Source of the DNA: Ptychomitrium polyphyllum
Taxonomy: Eukaryota
Direction of reading: 5' to 3'
Assembly: GCA_973851085.1 (NCBI GenBank)
Contig: OZ316775.1
Span: forward strand, 13,578,001 to 13,642,000
Length of the DNA: 64,000 nt
The translations under genes and the position numbers were made by a program. The notes beneath the pieces were generated by a model. It made no database searches. It was not told the origin of the DNA and was given only the letters and a program-made list of their open reading frames with translations. Shown piece by piece: positions 32,275 to 44,600 of the stretch. Position 1 is the stretch's first letter, and each line of letters opens with the position of its first letter.

Positions 32275-35034
32275 GCCGCGCGCCTCCCCTCGAACCCTCG
32301 ACTTCCTTCCCCGCACCAACAATGCCAGACTCCTCAACTAAGTACTTTACGACCTACAGTAAACAGTCATCCACAAATCTTGCTCGCGTGCACTACTTCA
32401 CTGTTGCAGAATCCGTGCAGCGCTTGACGAAAACTAACTTACAATCGAAACACGTGTCACAGCCTCTATCAGATGCATGTCCGGTGCCATGGGATCGATG
32501 AATTCCCCAATCACTTCGACCTTATCGACTTCTGGATACCGAACCTTCTTGACAAAATTAGAGAGCTGAATTGACCTTGAAAACAACGCCGAATCAGCAC
32601 ACAAGCAAGGCAGATGAGCCTCACTGGAGACAAAATGCACTGGATCTAAATCCACCACCTAAACTTGAACATCTAGACGAAGAGCAAGAAACAGCAACTA
32701 ACGCAATCAATTGCTTAGAACACAATGCACACCTACGAAGGAGACCTCACGTCTGGTCCCATGAGATCAATCAGTTCTCCAATCACTCTGCTCACATCTA
32801 CTGGATACCGGAAACCTCTTGACCAAAGAGGGCTGAATTGACCTTGAAAATAATTTCAAACAATGCAGCACACCAGCAAGTCCAAATGATCCTCGGTTAG
32901 GAGATCAAAATGCAAGTATGGAAAATATACCACCCCTATACAAAGAGCGAGGGAATAACAATTAGCACGATCAATTGCTTAGAACACAATCCACATAGAT
33001 CTACAGAGGAATCATTCCCATCGTTAGAGGACCTAAATTACGTGACGGGAAGACGAGCATCAAGTTCTGTGTGACAGGTTTTCGTAATCATGTGTAGTGG
33101 TTAGAGCAACGCTAGTGGTGTACGGGGCATCAGCCTGTAAGCTTGACACTAGTACAAGGCACTGGGCCGGGTTGACGGAGGGCAACTGCATCCTTTGGAA
33201 AGAACGATGGTCGGTTTAGAGGAATTTTCCAGCAGCTTTTAATCGACCGTCCGTAACATTCTTTAGCTGGGTGACCTGCACTCAATTCGTTGCAGACAGG
33301 AAAAATCTAACTTCAATTAAGTCTGCTGGCCTTTTCAGGTAGAACGGATAGAATGCATAACTAGTAAATAGAACCTCTGGCTTCGTCTGGGTCACATACT
33401 TCACATCTCGAAGAGCTCCACCTCATCAACGGAAAGGACAGACTTCTGTACCGACACCATGCGCTTCTTATAACAAACTTTTTTCTTGAAACAGCATGTT
33501 AAGCCTCAAAGTTTATGATCGAGTGATATTGACAATTTTGGAACCCAGTGTCCGTAGCTGCTAGAGATTGGATTCCAGGATGGATTTGTTCATTTGTTAA
33601 CGAAAAGCTTTCACAGTGCAGAACAAGATTCAGCTTTGAGTAGGCTCTGAAGCAAGGTATTATATGGATGCTCAGGACTCTAACGATAATAACTACACTT
33701 TGCACATTTATTAAGGACGACTTTGAAAGAAAGCCACTGATAATCCACCTTGATCTTCCTTCTGTGCCACAAACTTGCCAAACTTTGCCCCTAGATATGA
33801 CAAGTCACTTGCATTTCAAGAGGACATACCGATAGTACTTCAAGATGATCATCCTTGATCTCAATGTATTATATCATAACAGGAATCTTAACGTGGCAAA
33901 AGAATCTTAAGAGTGTAGATAATCGAGGGTTGAAATTCATGCTTGCGATCTAAACTCAAAAGTCACGAAACTGTGCCAGGCCACCAGCAACTCCCACTTA
34001 TCACAGAAAAGTTTGTGTCATGGTTATCTTGTAATCACGTGTATTCTCGGTGGATTTAGTTATGTTTCATGCACTTGTTCTTTCCAAGTTGAAAGCTTAC
34101 CTGTATTGGTGGGCTTGATGATACGATGTGCGGAGTGATGTGAGTCATAAGTTCAGACGTTTAATTTACTCTCCAGGCGACTTCAACCTCATCTGCGAGG
34201 ATTACTGCCAACAGCACAGCTCTGCGCAAATTTTTTTGCTAGTCCAGGACCTTGGCCTCTCCGCTTTCTGGTGATGATTCGCCTTAGCATCTGAGTAAAA
34301 CGTGTAGTTCCTGTTAAGTTAGCTACGCTTTGTATAGGTATGAAGGATATTGAAGAGGCATTGAGGGTAGGATGCACTATTTAGATCAGAATGGCCTATT
34401 TAGTTGTACCACCCGACACTCTTCATTCCCGGTGGTCCTTAGGGCAAAGTCTATTGTAGATGAGATGTGATTGCAAGTTCCACAGCCTTGGATTCTCGTC
34501 TAAGGCACCGATTTTAAATAATACTGTATGTAAACATTCTGGGCATCACGCATATACGAGCATATGAGATATATGGACGTCGAAGAAAGCACTTTACAGT
34601 ATCATGTACACACAATACACACCGTAGCCAGAAAGATGCAAATGAACTAAAAGTCATTTTCAGGAGTCAAAGACTACAAGACTACTTATTAATTAGAGAG
34701 GCTGAAGCAAAGTGCCCATTCGAGCAACCAAGCCTTCCCTGACAATCTGGATGCCTAAATACAACTATTTCCTAAGTGCAGGCAAACACAACGCTGCAAA
34801 AAACCAAAGCATAATCTAATGCTTATTAGGTACAATATACCTAGCACTGATTGAACTGATCTCTAAAATGACGGCACACAAAGCATCACATAAATGTATA
34901 TTGGAGAATCTGCATGTACAAGCTGAGCAACTTCTCCTTCTCTTCCATGTTCTGAACTATCAGTGAAATAGCAACCCAGATATTGATCTACACTTGCATT
35001 GATAAGACAAGGCCAGAAATGTTCATAATGATGA

Positions 35035-35934
35035 TTATGTCTTTGGGGCTGGATGAAGAGCAGGGATTGACAAAGGATTGATAGGGCATGGTCCCGCTTC
35101 CTCTAACGCTTTAGCCAAGGCGTCATGATTAAGCACTTTCCTTTTTATCTTAGCCATGTAATGTTCTACGATCATCCATACCTCTCTTTCAGAAAGTTGA
35201 TACACCTTCGTGTCCAATAGTGAAGACGAGCCGTTCACAGCAACTGCTATCTGCACAGGCATACTCAAAGAAGAAGCAGCGACTCCGGCCATGGCTATCG
35301 ATTCACCTCCTAGTTCCAGTACAGGTGAAACCCTAACTTCAGAACTTGACGACGGTTGAGTGAAACAGATTCCACTATCAACCTCCTGGATCGGTGCCTC
35401 TGCAGGTTGAGAGGTAACGAGCTTGTGCGGGTACCTGTCACGAAATTTTCCAATCGCAACCAAAATGTCGTTCCTCGCTTGTTTGTTGAACTCCGTAACT
35501 GATGGGTACACTGCATTATGCAGCTCATTAGATTGCTGAGTAATGAGGCTCTTATATTGATCACGACGAACCTTCGTCTCCTCCATGCTCTCAAAGATTT
35601 CATGCACTTCTTCAAATTGATAAAGTTTATCCTCAGCACCCTCAGCACGGAATCCACCCGCAACAGCTCTGTTCTCCCCTGCTTCAGCCCTCAAAAAGGC
35701 TCCGTAGTCACGTGCTACCATAGCTTCGGGCTCAGTGCCATACGACCCGAAGTGCAACTTCAACTCCTGCTTAGAAGGAAGTACTCGCATTTCTACCACG
35801 AATCTACTTCTGCCCTCTCTCAGGTACACCCCTTTCCGCCCTTTCCACCCTTCCCCCTTTCTCGTCCTCTTCCTTGACGTCATCTCCAGTTCCTTCGAAC
35901 CCTCGACTTCCTTCCCCGCACCAACAGATGCCAT
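35035..35934 (-). CDS. Divergent AP2/ERF-domain protein, intronless CDS, 299 aa from the first ATG (copy B)
   Basis: Basic NLS-like SRKRTRK, then KGVYLREGRSRFVVEMRV...LKLHFGSYGTEPEAMVARDYGAFLRA, which aligns with the AP2 consensus RGVRQR..GKWVAEIR...RLWLGTF.TAEEAARAYD.AA. The ORF-track start at 36000 is TTG; the first ATG is 35934. Confidence 0.75.
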   Translation of the reverse strand: MASVGAGKEVEGSKELEMTSRKRTRKGEGWKGRKGVYLREGRSRFVVEMRVLPSKQELKLHFGSYGTEPEAMVARDYGAFLRAEAGENRAVAGGFRAEGAEDKLYQFEEVHEIFESMEETKVRRDQYKSLITQQSNELHNAVYPSVTEFNKQARNDILVAIGKFRDRYPHKLVTSQPAEAPIQEVDSGICFTQPSSSSEVRVSPVLELGGESIAMAGVAASSLSMPVQIAVAVNGSSSLLDTKVYQLSEREVWMIVEHYMAKIKRKVLNHDALAKALEEAGPCPINPLSIPALHPAPKT

Positions 35935-37506
35935 AACACTCAACCAAATTGTCTGTGACCTGAAATATGTGTCCAGCACAAATCTTGCTGGCGTGCACAA
36001 CTTCTCCGTTGGCTCTTAGATACACGGCCGATCCCATGAATGAACTCCCCAAGCACTCACTCGAATAAACTGGATATCAAGAAAACTAACGCGGACGAAT
36101 AAGACCTGAATCGCGCTTGAAAACAAATGTACGCTGGACCTCAGTAGGACGATGAGTGACAACAGCACCACCACCGAGCAGAGAAGGCAAGAAATGCAAC
36201 ACAAAATTTAATTGTGTGTTACCATTGGCCAGAGAGGTCCAGAAAGGGCCTTATGTTCTAAGAGCCCTCGCCTGCACGGTGTCTGCAGTGGGCGCCACCA
36301 AGGTGTCGCAGACTCCCTAGTGGTTCAAAGCGAGCACACGCGCGTATCTTCCATAGCGTTTCGGAACGCAACCACGCCTGTGGTTGGAAAAGTCGCGGCT
36401 TGCCACGATTCCTCGTCCATTTAGCACCACTCTAGCGGTGTTCACAGGAACACGGGCCCTACTCCGGCACAATTACTGTAAACCGCAATTATTTCCTATT
36501 TTAAAGTAAATCATGTCTCCTAGTTTGTTAAGTCTGCTTGTTGTTATAAGGGTTGATCCTAAATTGATATGGAGGTTGCTGCATACACCAATGCTTCTTA
36601 CTTCTTGTCATGACACAAAATATAAATTGGATAGAAACAGTTGCGTGAATGGATCTGAATTCCCAAAAAAAAGAAAATTTAGAGTCAGACACTTGGTTCA
36701 TTGCAAGAGTAGTCTACAGATTGGTTGTAAGGTGGTATTGGTTTCAGGTGTTGGTTTTAGGTGGGTATCAGTTTGGAGCTGCGCAGTAGTTGTGCGTTCA
36801 GCTCTTTGATCCGATGACAGTGTTTCGATTTCTGGGGCTGGTGATTAATTCCACATGGTTTCTAAGGAAGCGAGGAAGTGGCCAGTTTTGAATATTTTAT
36901 TTCACATCACGTTGCATACGAACGCCGGTGGGCAATACGAAAAGATTTTGATCTTTACCAGAAAGTGTGGAACCAGGTGGTCCTCACTACAGGGGTTTCA
37001 CATGACACGCAGTTAAGAGCAACACAGATCATGAGTGACGTTACCAAATCTTGCCACAGGCTGCACTTAGGACAATGCAGGATAAGAAAGTGAAATGTCA
37101 AGACGATAATTGACAAATAATATACGACAGTTTATCATTAACTCTTCAGGGCAGAATCAAATCCGCATATAAATAACTACAGTTAACGTAAATACTACAC
37201 TACAAAATCCATTCTCCAACAGGCAGTCATAATGAGAATGATGTATGGGAAACCAGACAAATGACGTGTATAGCTTTGGCACTTCAAGCATTGTTACACA
37301 AGCACTATAAAATGAATTCCTCTGTCTATAGTAAGACACTACAATACTCGGTAGCAAATGATCTTGAGATAGTGTCCATGACGACTAGTCTTCAGACCTC
37401 CATTAGAAAGAAGTATCCCTCCAATTCAAGCCTCTATTAAAAGATGGGGTATTAGCTTCTGTTTTTACGAAAACAGAGGTGAGCATGTCGTAGTGCTGCT
37501 TGAAGT

Positions 37507-40500
37507 TCACTGCTGCTTGCATTCAGGGGGCTGTTCACCACTTTGCTGTTGCCCACCAGCTGCCTTTGGTGCACGACCCTGATCACATGGACGACTAAGT
37601 ACATAGTAGGATAGATAATAATAGTGGAGAAATTAAATTGGTAGCACCGAGGAGCCAATTTAATACATAATGGAGTCAAGATCTCATTAAAGAAAGACAT
37701 TTTCAAGTTACCTTAGGTGCAGGGGCATCATTCTGCAAAAAAACAGACAAAATCCAATGTCAGTAGATGTGGACGCGCCATGAAAAGCCTTAAGATCAAA
37801 TTACATAGGCCCAAACAAAAATTATAACCAGCACTACGCAAAGAGACACATCCTACAACCAACCACTAAGTAGATATCAAACTTCGTAGAAGCCCCAATC
37901 ATATACCTCATCTTCATCTTCATCCTCCTCGTCATCATCCTCTTCGTCATCGTCTTCATCGTCTTCGTCGTCCTCGTCACCTTCGTCATCATCGTCTTCG
38001 AATTCTTCCCCTTGCAGGGCATCTCCGGTAAACCACGAGACAGCATGAGGAATGATTTTATCCCTTATTGTTGATCTGAGACAAGTATTGACAGTGAACA
38101 TCAGATGCTTTGATCACATTCTCGCTCTGAAATCAGAATTTGTATGACATTCAGTACTAGAGAAGAAGCTCCTATATTGTCAACTACAAAGTACTTAGTG
38201 CGACTATCCCACGTACCCAATATCATAGTCTTGTTCCATGGAATCCTGCAGCTGCTCCGCAGTGTCTTGGTCAATATCCTCTTCCTCAGGTACTTGTGGT
38301 GGGGTGAAGAAGTTAAAGAAACTCTCACACTGCTCAGTCTTTGTTACTTGCTTAGCGTTCTTGGCTCCCTTCTTTGGTTTCTTCTTCATCACTTTCTGGG
38401 TCAAATTTTTCCCCGCGGCCCACTCAATCTCAGTTCTGGAGACCACAATGGCAAGAAACCACTGTTACACTCGTTGATAATCTACTCGAATGAAGCAGCG
38501 AAGCTTCTTTACAAGCAGACCAGGCGAACTCTAAATTCAAAGTAAAAAATCAGTTACGTTTGGAAAATATAACAAGCACAAAAGTTTACCCGACTGCACG
38601 CTCCAAAATTGGTTCATCGTCATCAATCATATGATACGTCTTGCTCAACTGCGCATCAAGAAATTTAAGTGATTGCTAAACTCAAATCCCGTAAGGAAAC
38701 AAAGAAAACCGTTAGTGCGGTAACTGCAAACACAACACACAACAAAAACTACAATTTTGACAAGTAACATACCACAGTGTTTTTGAAGTAAGGGTTTTCT
38801 TCAAAGTAGAAATCGAGTTTGAAACCCTTATTATCTTCGAGATTGCTTGCTTTTATGTCCTTCACGTATTTCAGCGCTGCCTCATCACGTTCGGTAATCT
38901 GTTACACATGCAGCACAGTGAAATTTAAAAACAATGAAGACTACAGACACAAGAATATAGGCGGTCGATAAGAGCAAAATGAGACTCAGAGACAATGAAT
39001 CTGGCCACACATTGTTGTACCTGCATGCCAACAATCTCATTTGTCTTCATTGCAGTAAGCCAGAACTCGGGCACTCCCTTGCGCTCTGCAAGGAAAATTA
39101 AGCAACGCAAATGTGAAGCGTGATTGCGATTCAGCATTACAAACCGAAATCCTCAAAATATTTTTAAACGGGGTCCATATTAACTGTCTAAGAGCTTGAG
39201 ATAATGCAGCAGGCTAGAGTAGTTCTACTCAAGCTTCCCATGCTAGAGAACCTGCTTAATCTTCAAAACGGGGACACAATAGTAAAAGCTTAAGTACCTT
39301 CTTCCTTGCCCTCTTCGGTTGATGCATCAGCTTCGGGAACTTCATCCTTGGAAGCTTCAGGCTCTACGACTCCGTTCACGATCTCAGATCTCTGGTATGT
39401 CCAAAAGCAGATATATGAGAAAAATAGATTGTCCTTCCATAGAAGTCTAGGCCAAAAACAATAATGGCGACTAAAACACCTCGTACACAGTACTGGTTAA
39501 TATTGTTGTACGCTCGTGCAAACTTCAGTAGGAAGAGGAAAAATTCAAGAAAATCATGAGTAGCCGATAGATACGCGGAAATCAGACATTTGATTCACCT
39601 ACCTTGATATACAATGGTTCGTAAAGCTTCTGATATTTGGCTTCAAGAGCAGCCCTCTCCTCGTGGAATTTGGCCTCAAGTTCATCATGTTCAGTCTGTC
39701 ATCAAGTAAAATTGCACAATCAGCTGAGTGATATCCACCATGAAAACCAGTGACGAACCCTAGACACACAAATGAGTCCTTTTACATAAGCGTTAGTACA
39801 GGACTTCAGCGTGAAGAAGAGACCATATTAAAGCTCATGCTCATCCATGCTTGGGATTAAGGTACCAGAAGGGTTACAGTAGGAGGTCATTAACCAACCT
39901 GAAGTACTTGAAGAGCTTTAACCCTTCGCTTCACATCCTTGGGAAGAGTATCAATGTAACCCGATGATTGTCCGGCCAAAAACTGCAGCTTGTCCTGGAT
40001 TTTCAAATCCAACCTCAACCTATTAATCTTTCTGTCTGAAGTTTTACATTAAAAATATTGGAAAGAAATCCTCGGATTCAGGAACAAAGAAATTCATTGT
40101 TTTTCTGACGCATGCCAATTAAATGACGAAAGCCGACAGTGCAAGAAACCTGAATTCGACATCAAGAACGACCACACTTTGTACTAAATCAAAACAAAAT
40201 GAATTGTAATGCAGCTGAAGGACAATCGATTCTAGTGACTAGAAACAAATGCAACTGCGTTTCCATGAGGAAGCCCAGGATTCTGTATAATAAAAATGTC
40301 AAAAATATGACGTGCGCGCTTTCATCAATTTGCAAGTGAAAAGTATCATACCTTTAAGACATTCACCAACCCGGCACGGTCTGCCGCACTCAACGCTGCA
40401 ACCACCACAACTACAAACTATGAGTACTCTGTCTCAACCGCTGGAGTTGATATGTATTCATACATGATGACTGGGATAAACCAACGCGAAATCCAGGACA

Positions 40501-41470
40501 TTGTTGTGTTAATCTCGAGCATTATTTAGTTCTTCAAAGGACACCTGCTATGCAATCACGAAGGATATCGTACTTTACATCTGCTTTATCTGAAATACCA
40601 GCAACATTTAGATACACTAACTCTTCGATTCTGGAGCCTGTAAGAGCTGACGATCTGCAAAGATATGTTGTGTTTCAGCGATGAAACGATACGTTCCTGT
40701 ACCATCTCATTTCTACATAGGTTAAAGATCTAAAAAAAAATATGAAATGAATTTAAAGTGTGCAAATACATCTATAGATCTCTTTAGGTGGTGGCTTCCA
40801 ACTGCGGCTGAATGACTTAGTAAGCATCTTAAATGACTGCTTGCACCAACGCTTCCTGCGATATATAGCTATGTCTACGATTATCACTCGTCGTAGACAG
40901 GCATATTATCTGTAACAGTGAAACCCTAAATCGTGGCCTGAACGGCGCAGGTCGGTCGGTGAGGACCCCCTCGCCCAAGTGAAGCAATAAGCGTATCCGT
41001 CAGCAGACAATACTAAACTCGATACAACATCAGTAAAACCTTTCACTTCTGCTAATAAAATACTAACGCACTACAAAACGTTCAGAAAAAAATCATGAAG
41101 ATTTAAAAATACAAGAGATCTGACATTCCGCACGTCCAAAACCACGTCCAACTAAACAACAGCAACAACGACTACAACTACAAACCAAGCATCTGCAGCA
41201 AAAGCCGTGCACCAAAGAACGATCTCACAACATCATCCCTCAGTTTACAGACATTCAATCTCAGAAAAAGCTCCTTCTCCTTCTAAAGGAAAACCGAATC
41301 TCCCTCCCTTCGGCCTCTGAACAAGAAAAATCCAACACAAAAACGCGGAGCAAGTCGGCAGCGGAGCTGCTGATACCTGCAGCGCCTCCAGGGGGGAGGG
41401 AAGCTCCGAGGTCCGACATGGAGAAAAGCTGCGACTGCGAGCGCTGGTCACCGGCGTCGCGCTTGCTCAT
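37507..41470 (-). CDS. NAP1: Nucleosome assembly protein 1 (NAP1), 12 exons, 383 aa
   Basis: Exons 41377-41470, 40352-40395, 39899-39994, 39603-39695, 39298-39391, 39021-39085, 38773-38898, 38590-38648, 38217-38435, 37907-38075, 37712-37732, 37507-37578 (1152 nt, GT-AG). Motifs [25 protein letters not shown] and [11 protein letters not shown], an acidic tail, and C-terminal PECKQQ farnesylation motif. Confidence 0.96.
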
Positions 41471-41560
41471 GCGTCCGTGAGAAGCTGCAGTGCGGTGCGA
41501 AGCGCCGTGACGAGTATGGAAGTGTCTCCCCCGGATGTGCCAGTGCGGGGGTGGAGTGGG

Positions 41561-41690
41561 AAACCCTAGGACGCACGCCCTAGCGACGGGGTCCGGCTAG
41601 CTGGCGCCGTAGGGTTTCGAAATTGAATACTAACTCTCCTAAGCTTTATAACCTTTTTATATATATAAAATAAGGGATGGCCCGGGCCCC
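41561..41690 (-). promoter_or_regulatory. NAP1 core promoter: TATA box, two telo-boxes and a GGCCC site-II-like motif
   Basis: On the minus strand TATATATATAAAA at about 41655-41668; on the plus strand AAACCCTAG at 41561, TAGGGTTT at 41610 and GGCCCGGGCCC at about 41679. Confidence 0.6.
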
Positions 41691-44600
41691 CGTGGGCAGC
41701 CGCAGCCAGGGTTTGCAGGAAAGCCTGGGCACCCGGAGACAGCGAAGCCGACGAGCGCGAGAGCGACACCAGCAAGAGCGCGCCGACACGGACGCCGCCG
41801 CCGCTGCGAGGGCGATGCTCCGCTGGACCAACGGTGATGAGCTTGCCCTTGCCCTTGCGCTTGCTGTTGCGTCGCTTTCAGTTGCCCCCCCGCCCTCGGG
41901 CACCTACATAAATTATTATTTCTGCCCCCCCTGCGAGAAATGTTTTCCCTGCCTTGCCCAAGTCTGACCTTGCCCGTGTGCCGGCCCTTGTGGTAAATAT
42001 CAATAATGGATTGGAGAAACCGGAGGACTCCAGCAGGCTATTGCAAGTGCCTCTACCTATGAGTATACATTTTATATTTCTTTTAAATGTTATGTTTTCA
42101 AATGAATAGATATCATTGATGTTTATGTAAAAAATCTTTAAATGACATTGGAGCTATTCATGAAGTCCGTTTCTAAAAGAAAAGTTTTGCAGTACATACT
42201 TTGAAACTTAATTTTACCACAAAAAGGAAAAAAATGTATTTTAAAGTATCTTGATGTATTATAGAGGAGGTTCTACAATGTCAAGGTGTGGTTAAGGACC
42301 TAAGACTTTGAACCTCTTCAAAACTAATTGAGTTCCCTCAAAGCAACTTTTAGTTTTCTTTAGATGTCTAAAGCTCTTTCAAATCAAGAGTACTTTAATG
42401 CTTGTATAATATATTGTCAAAGAAATGTAGTTTATAAAAAGAACATACTTTGGAAATAAGAAGTGAAAGAATTTTATTCAACAGACAATTTTCTCAAAAA
42501 TGTAATGCAATATCAAAATTATATAGTATATTCTAAGAAAATGATTTAATTTGAAATTTTCTATTAAGGTCATATGATAATTAAAATAACTTTGTTTGAT
42601 ATTAAAAGAATGCAAAGAACTTATATTTCATTTATACTTAGTAATGAATCTATCAATATACAAATAATTTGACATCTTAGACACAATTTTCAAAATAAGA
42701 CAAATAATCTTCAAAAAAAATTTAAAATTAATGAAATTTTTATATCCCTATATAGCTTATATTTACAATATTTGAAACAATAGATAGATACTTGTAAAAA
42801 ATGTATAGTTCTAAAAATTATCCAATTTTTTAAATATGTAATGATTTAAAATTCTTTAATATTTATTGGTATTTCAAAGTTAATTAATTCCATTAATTAT
42901 TGAATAATTATATTCAAAAATACTAACTATTAAAATATTATATAACTGGATCCTTTAATATGATTTATGTTATAAAATTTTAATAATTTAAAATTCCATG
43001 CTCATTATAATAAGTAAAAATGCAATTTTTTTATACTAACTTATTAAACAACATAGTATTATATCATATTTTTGAACAATAAATTTTTTATTTGTATTAT
43101 TATATAAAAAGCATGACCAAGATTCTGTTTTGTAAAAAAAAATGAGAACACAATTATATATAAATCAATAATAAAACATATATGTTTTTTGAAACTAATC
43201 AAGGTCCATAACCATAAAAAAATAGAAATTAGGATGTTTATTGCATTCTGATGTATTAAAACCAAACCATTTTGTCATTAGACATCACTAAATTTTATAT
43301 ATCATCCTAAAATGTTCAAGTTAATTAAATTTTTTAATTAAATAGAAATTCAAGATATATATAAGATTGTTGTCTAGGTGTATTGATCATCTTTTTGTGT
43401 AAAAAAGAGAATATTTGGAATCTGTAGAAAAACATGTGATTTTTGAAGTTCTAAATTGAATCTCAAATTGAGTTTTATTAATTGAAATATTTGCAATTGT
43501 TGAAATGAAAGTTTAAAAATTATTGGAATGAAATATTCTTTGTTTGATGTATGCTCATATAAATGAAACTTTGTGGAAAAATAATACATGTGTAGTTTAA
43601 TGTAGTAGGAGCCAAAAATGTGAAAGATGAATTTTAGAACTTGAAATATTATTCTTGAATATTGAATGGTACGTATATATATATATATTTATATTTATAT
43701 TTATGTGTATGTATATATATATAAATATAAAATTTTAAAAAAATTAATTAAATATGTATATTTGTATATATGTTTATAATATATTTTTTTAATTTAAATT
43801 TTTTTTGTACAAATATTATAAATGCAATAAAAAAAAATTATATTATTTAAAAGTATTTCAATCATGAATAACAACAATTGCATTCAATCATCTCAAAGGC
43901 ACTTCCTATTAATTCTTTAAGAAGTTTTTATTCTTAAGAAAGTAATTACAATTTACAAAAGTGCCCCAATTAATCATTTGACTACAAGTAGAAATCCGAG
44001 TTAATACAAATGATGGTAAAATTCATAGAAGGTGATTTGATAATAATAAAACAATATGTATATCTTCTATTAAACATGTGAATATTTATTTGAATGAATA
44101 CATCTAAGCAACATTACAAATAAATAGTAGATGAGAATTAGTCTCATATGAACAATAATACAATGATTAGGTTCAATTTATTTGTCAAGTTTTTGTGCTT
44201 TTTGGATACTTTCATAATTTAAAGTGACCATGTATGTATGTTATAGATGAAGTTCTATGTAATAGTACAATATTTAATTTCTTTTTCATTTTGACATCAT
44301 TTATGGCTTATTACAATGGGTACTTATATTTTTCATTTTTAATTAATTTTAAAAAAAATTCTAGGCTTAACTAGATATATGTGTTTGAAAAAAAGACTTT
44401 GTTGTTTTAAAATTGTAATAGTTTTATTATGCCACCTTCATATTTTGCTAAGGCTTCTATTCTTTAATGGAAAAATAAAGATTTTATTAAATGTAGAATT
44501 TTTTTATGAAGTTTGGACCTTCAAATTTATAAAAATATATCTTTTTCCAATGAAATTATGGCTTCAAATTTGGATATCATCAACATATCCAAATTACAAT

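Larger units (their letters stand above)
30385..36190. repeat. Head-to-tail tandem segmental duplication (copy A about 30385-33040, copy B about 33045-36190)
   Basis: Collinear matches: 30511 actgcatcctttgg / 33185; 30720 gattgcaagt / 34469; 30899 aagatgcaaatgaactaa / 34633; 32373 acaaatcttgct / 35978. Copy B has about 1.1 kb of extra sequence near 33270-34450. Confidence 0.88.

Noticed and set aside
31822..32427. 201-aa plus-strand ORF and other antisense ORFs over CRK, NAP1, PEAMT and the MULE (e.g. 56579-57136)
   Set aside because: Antisense shadows of real or relic coding sequence, with no recognisable motifs.
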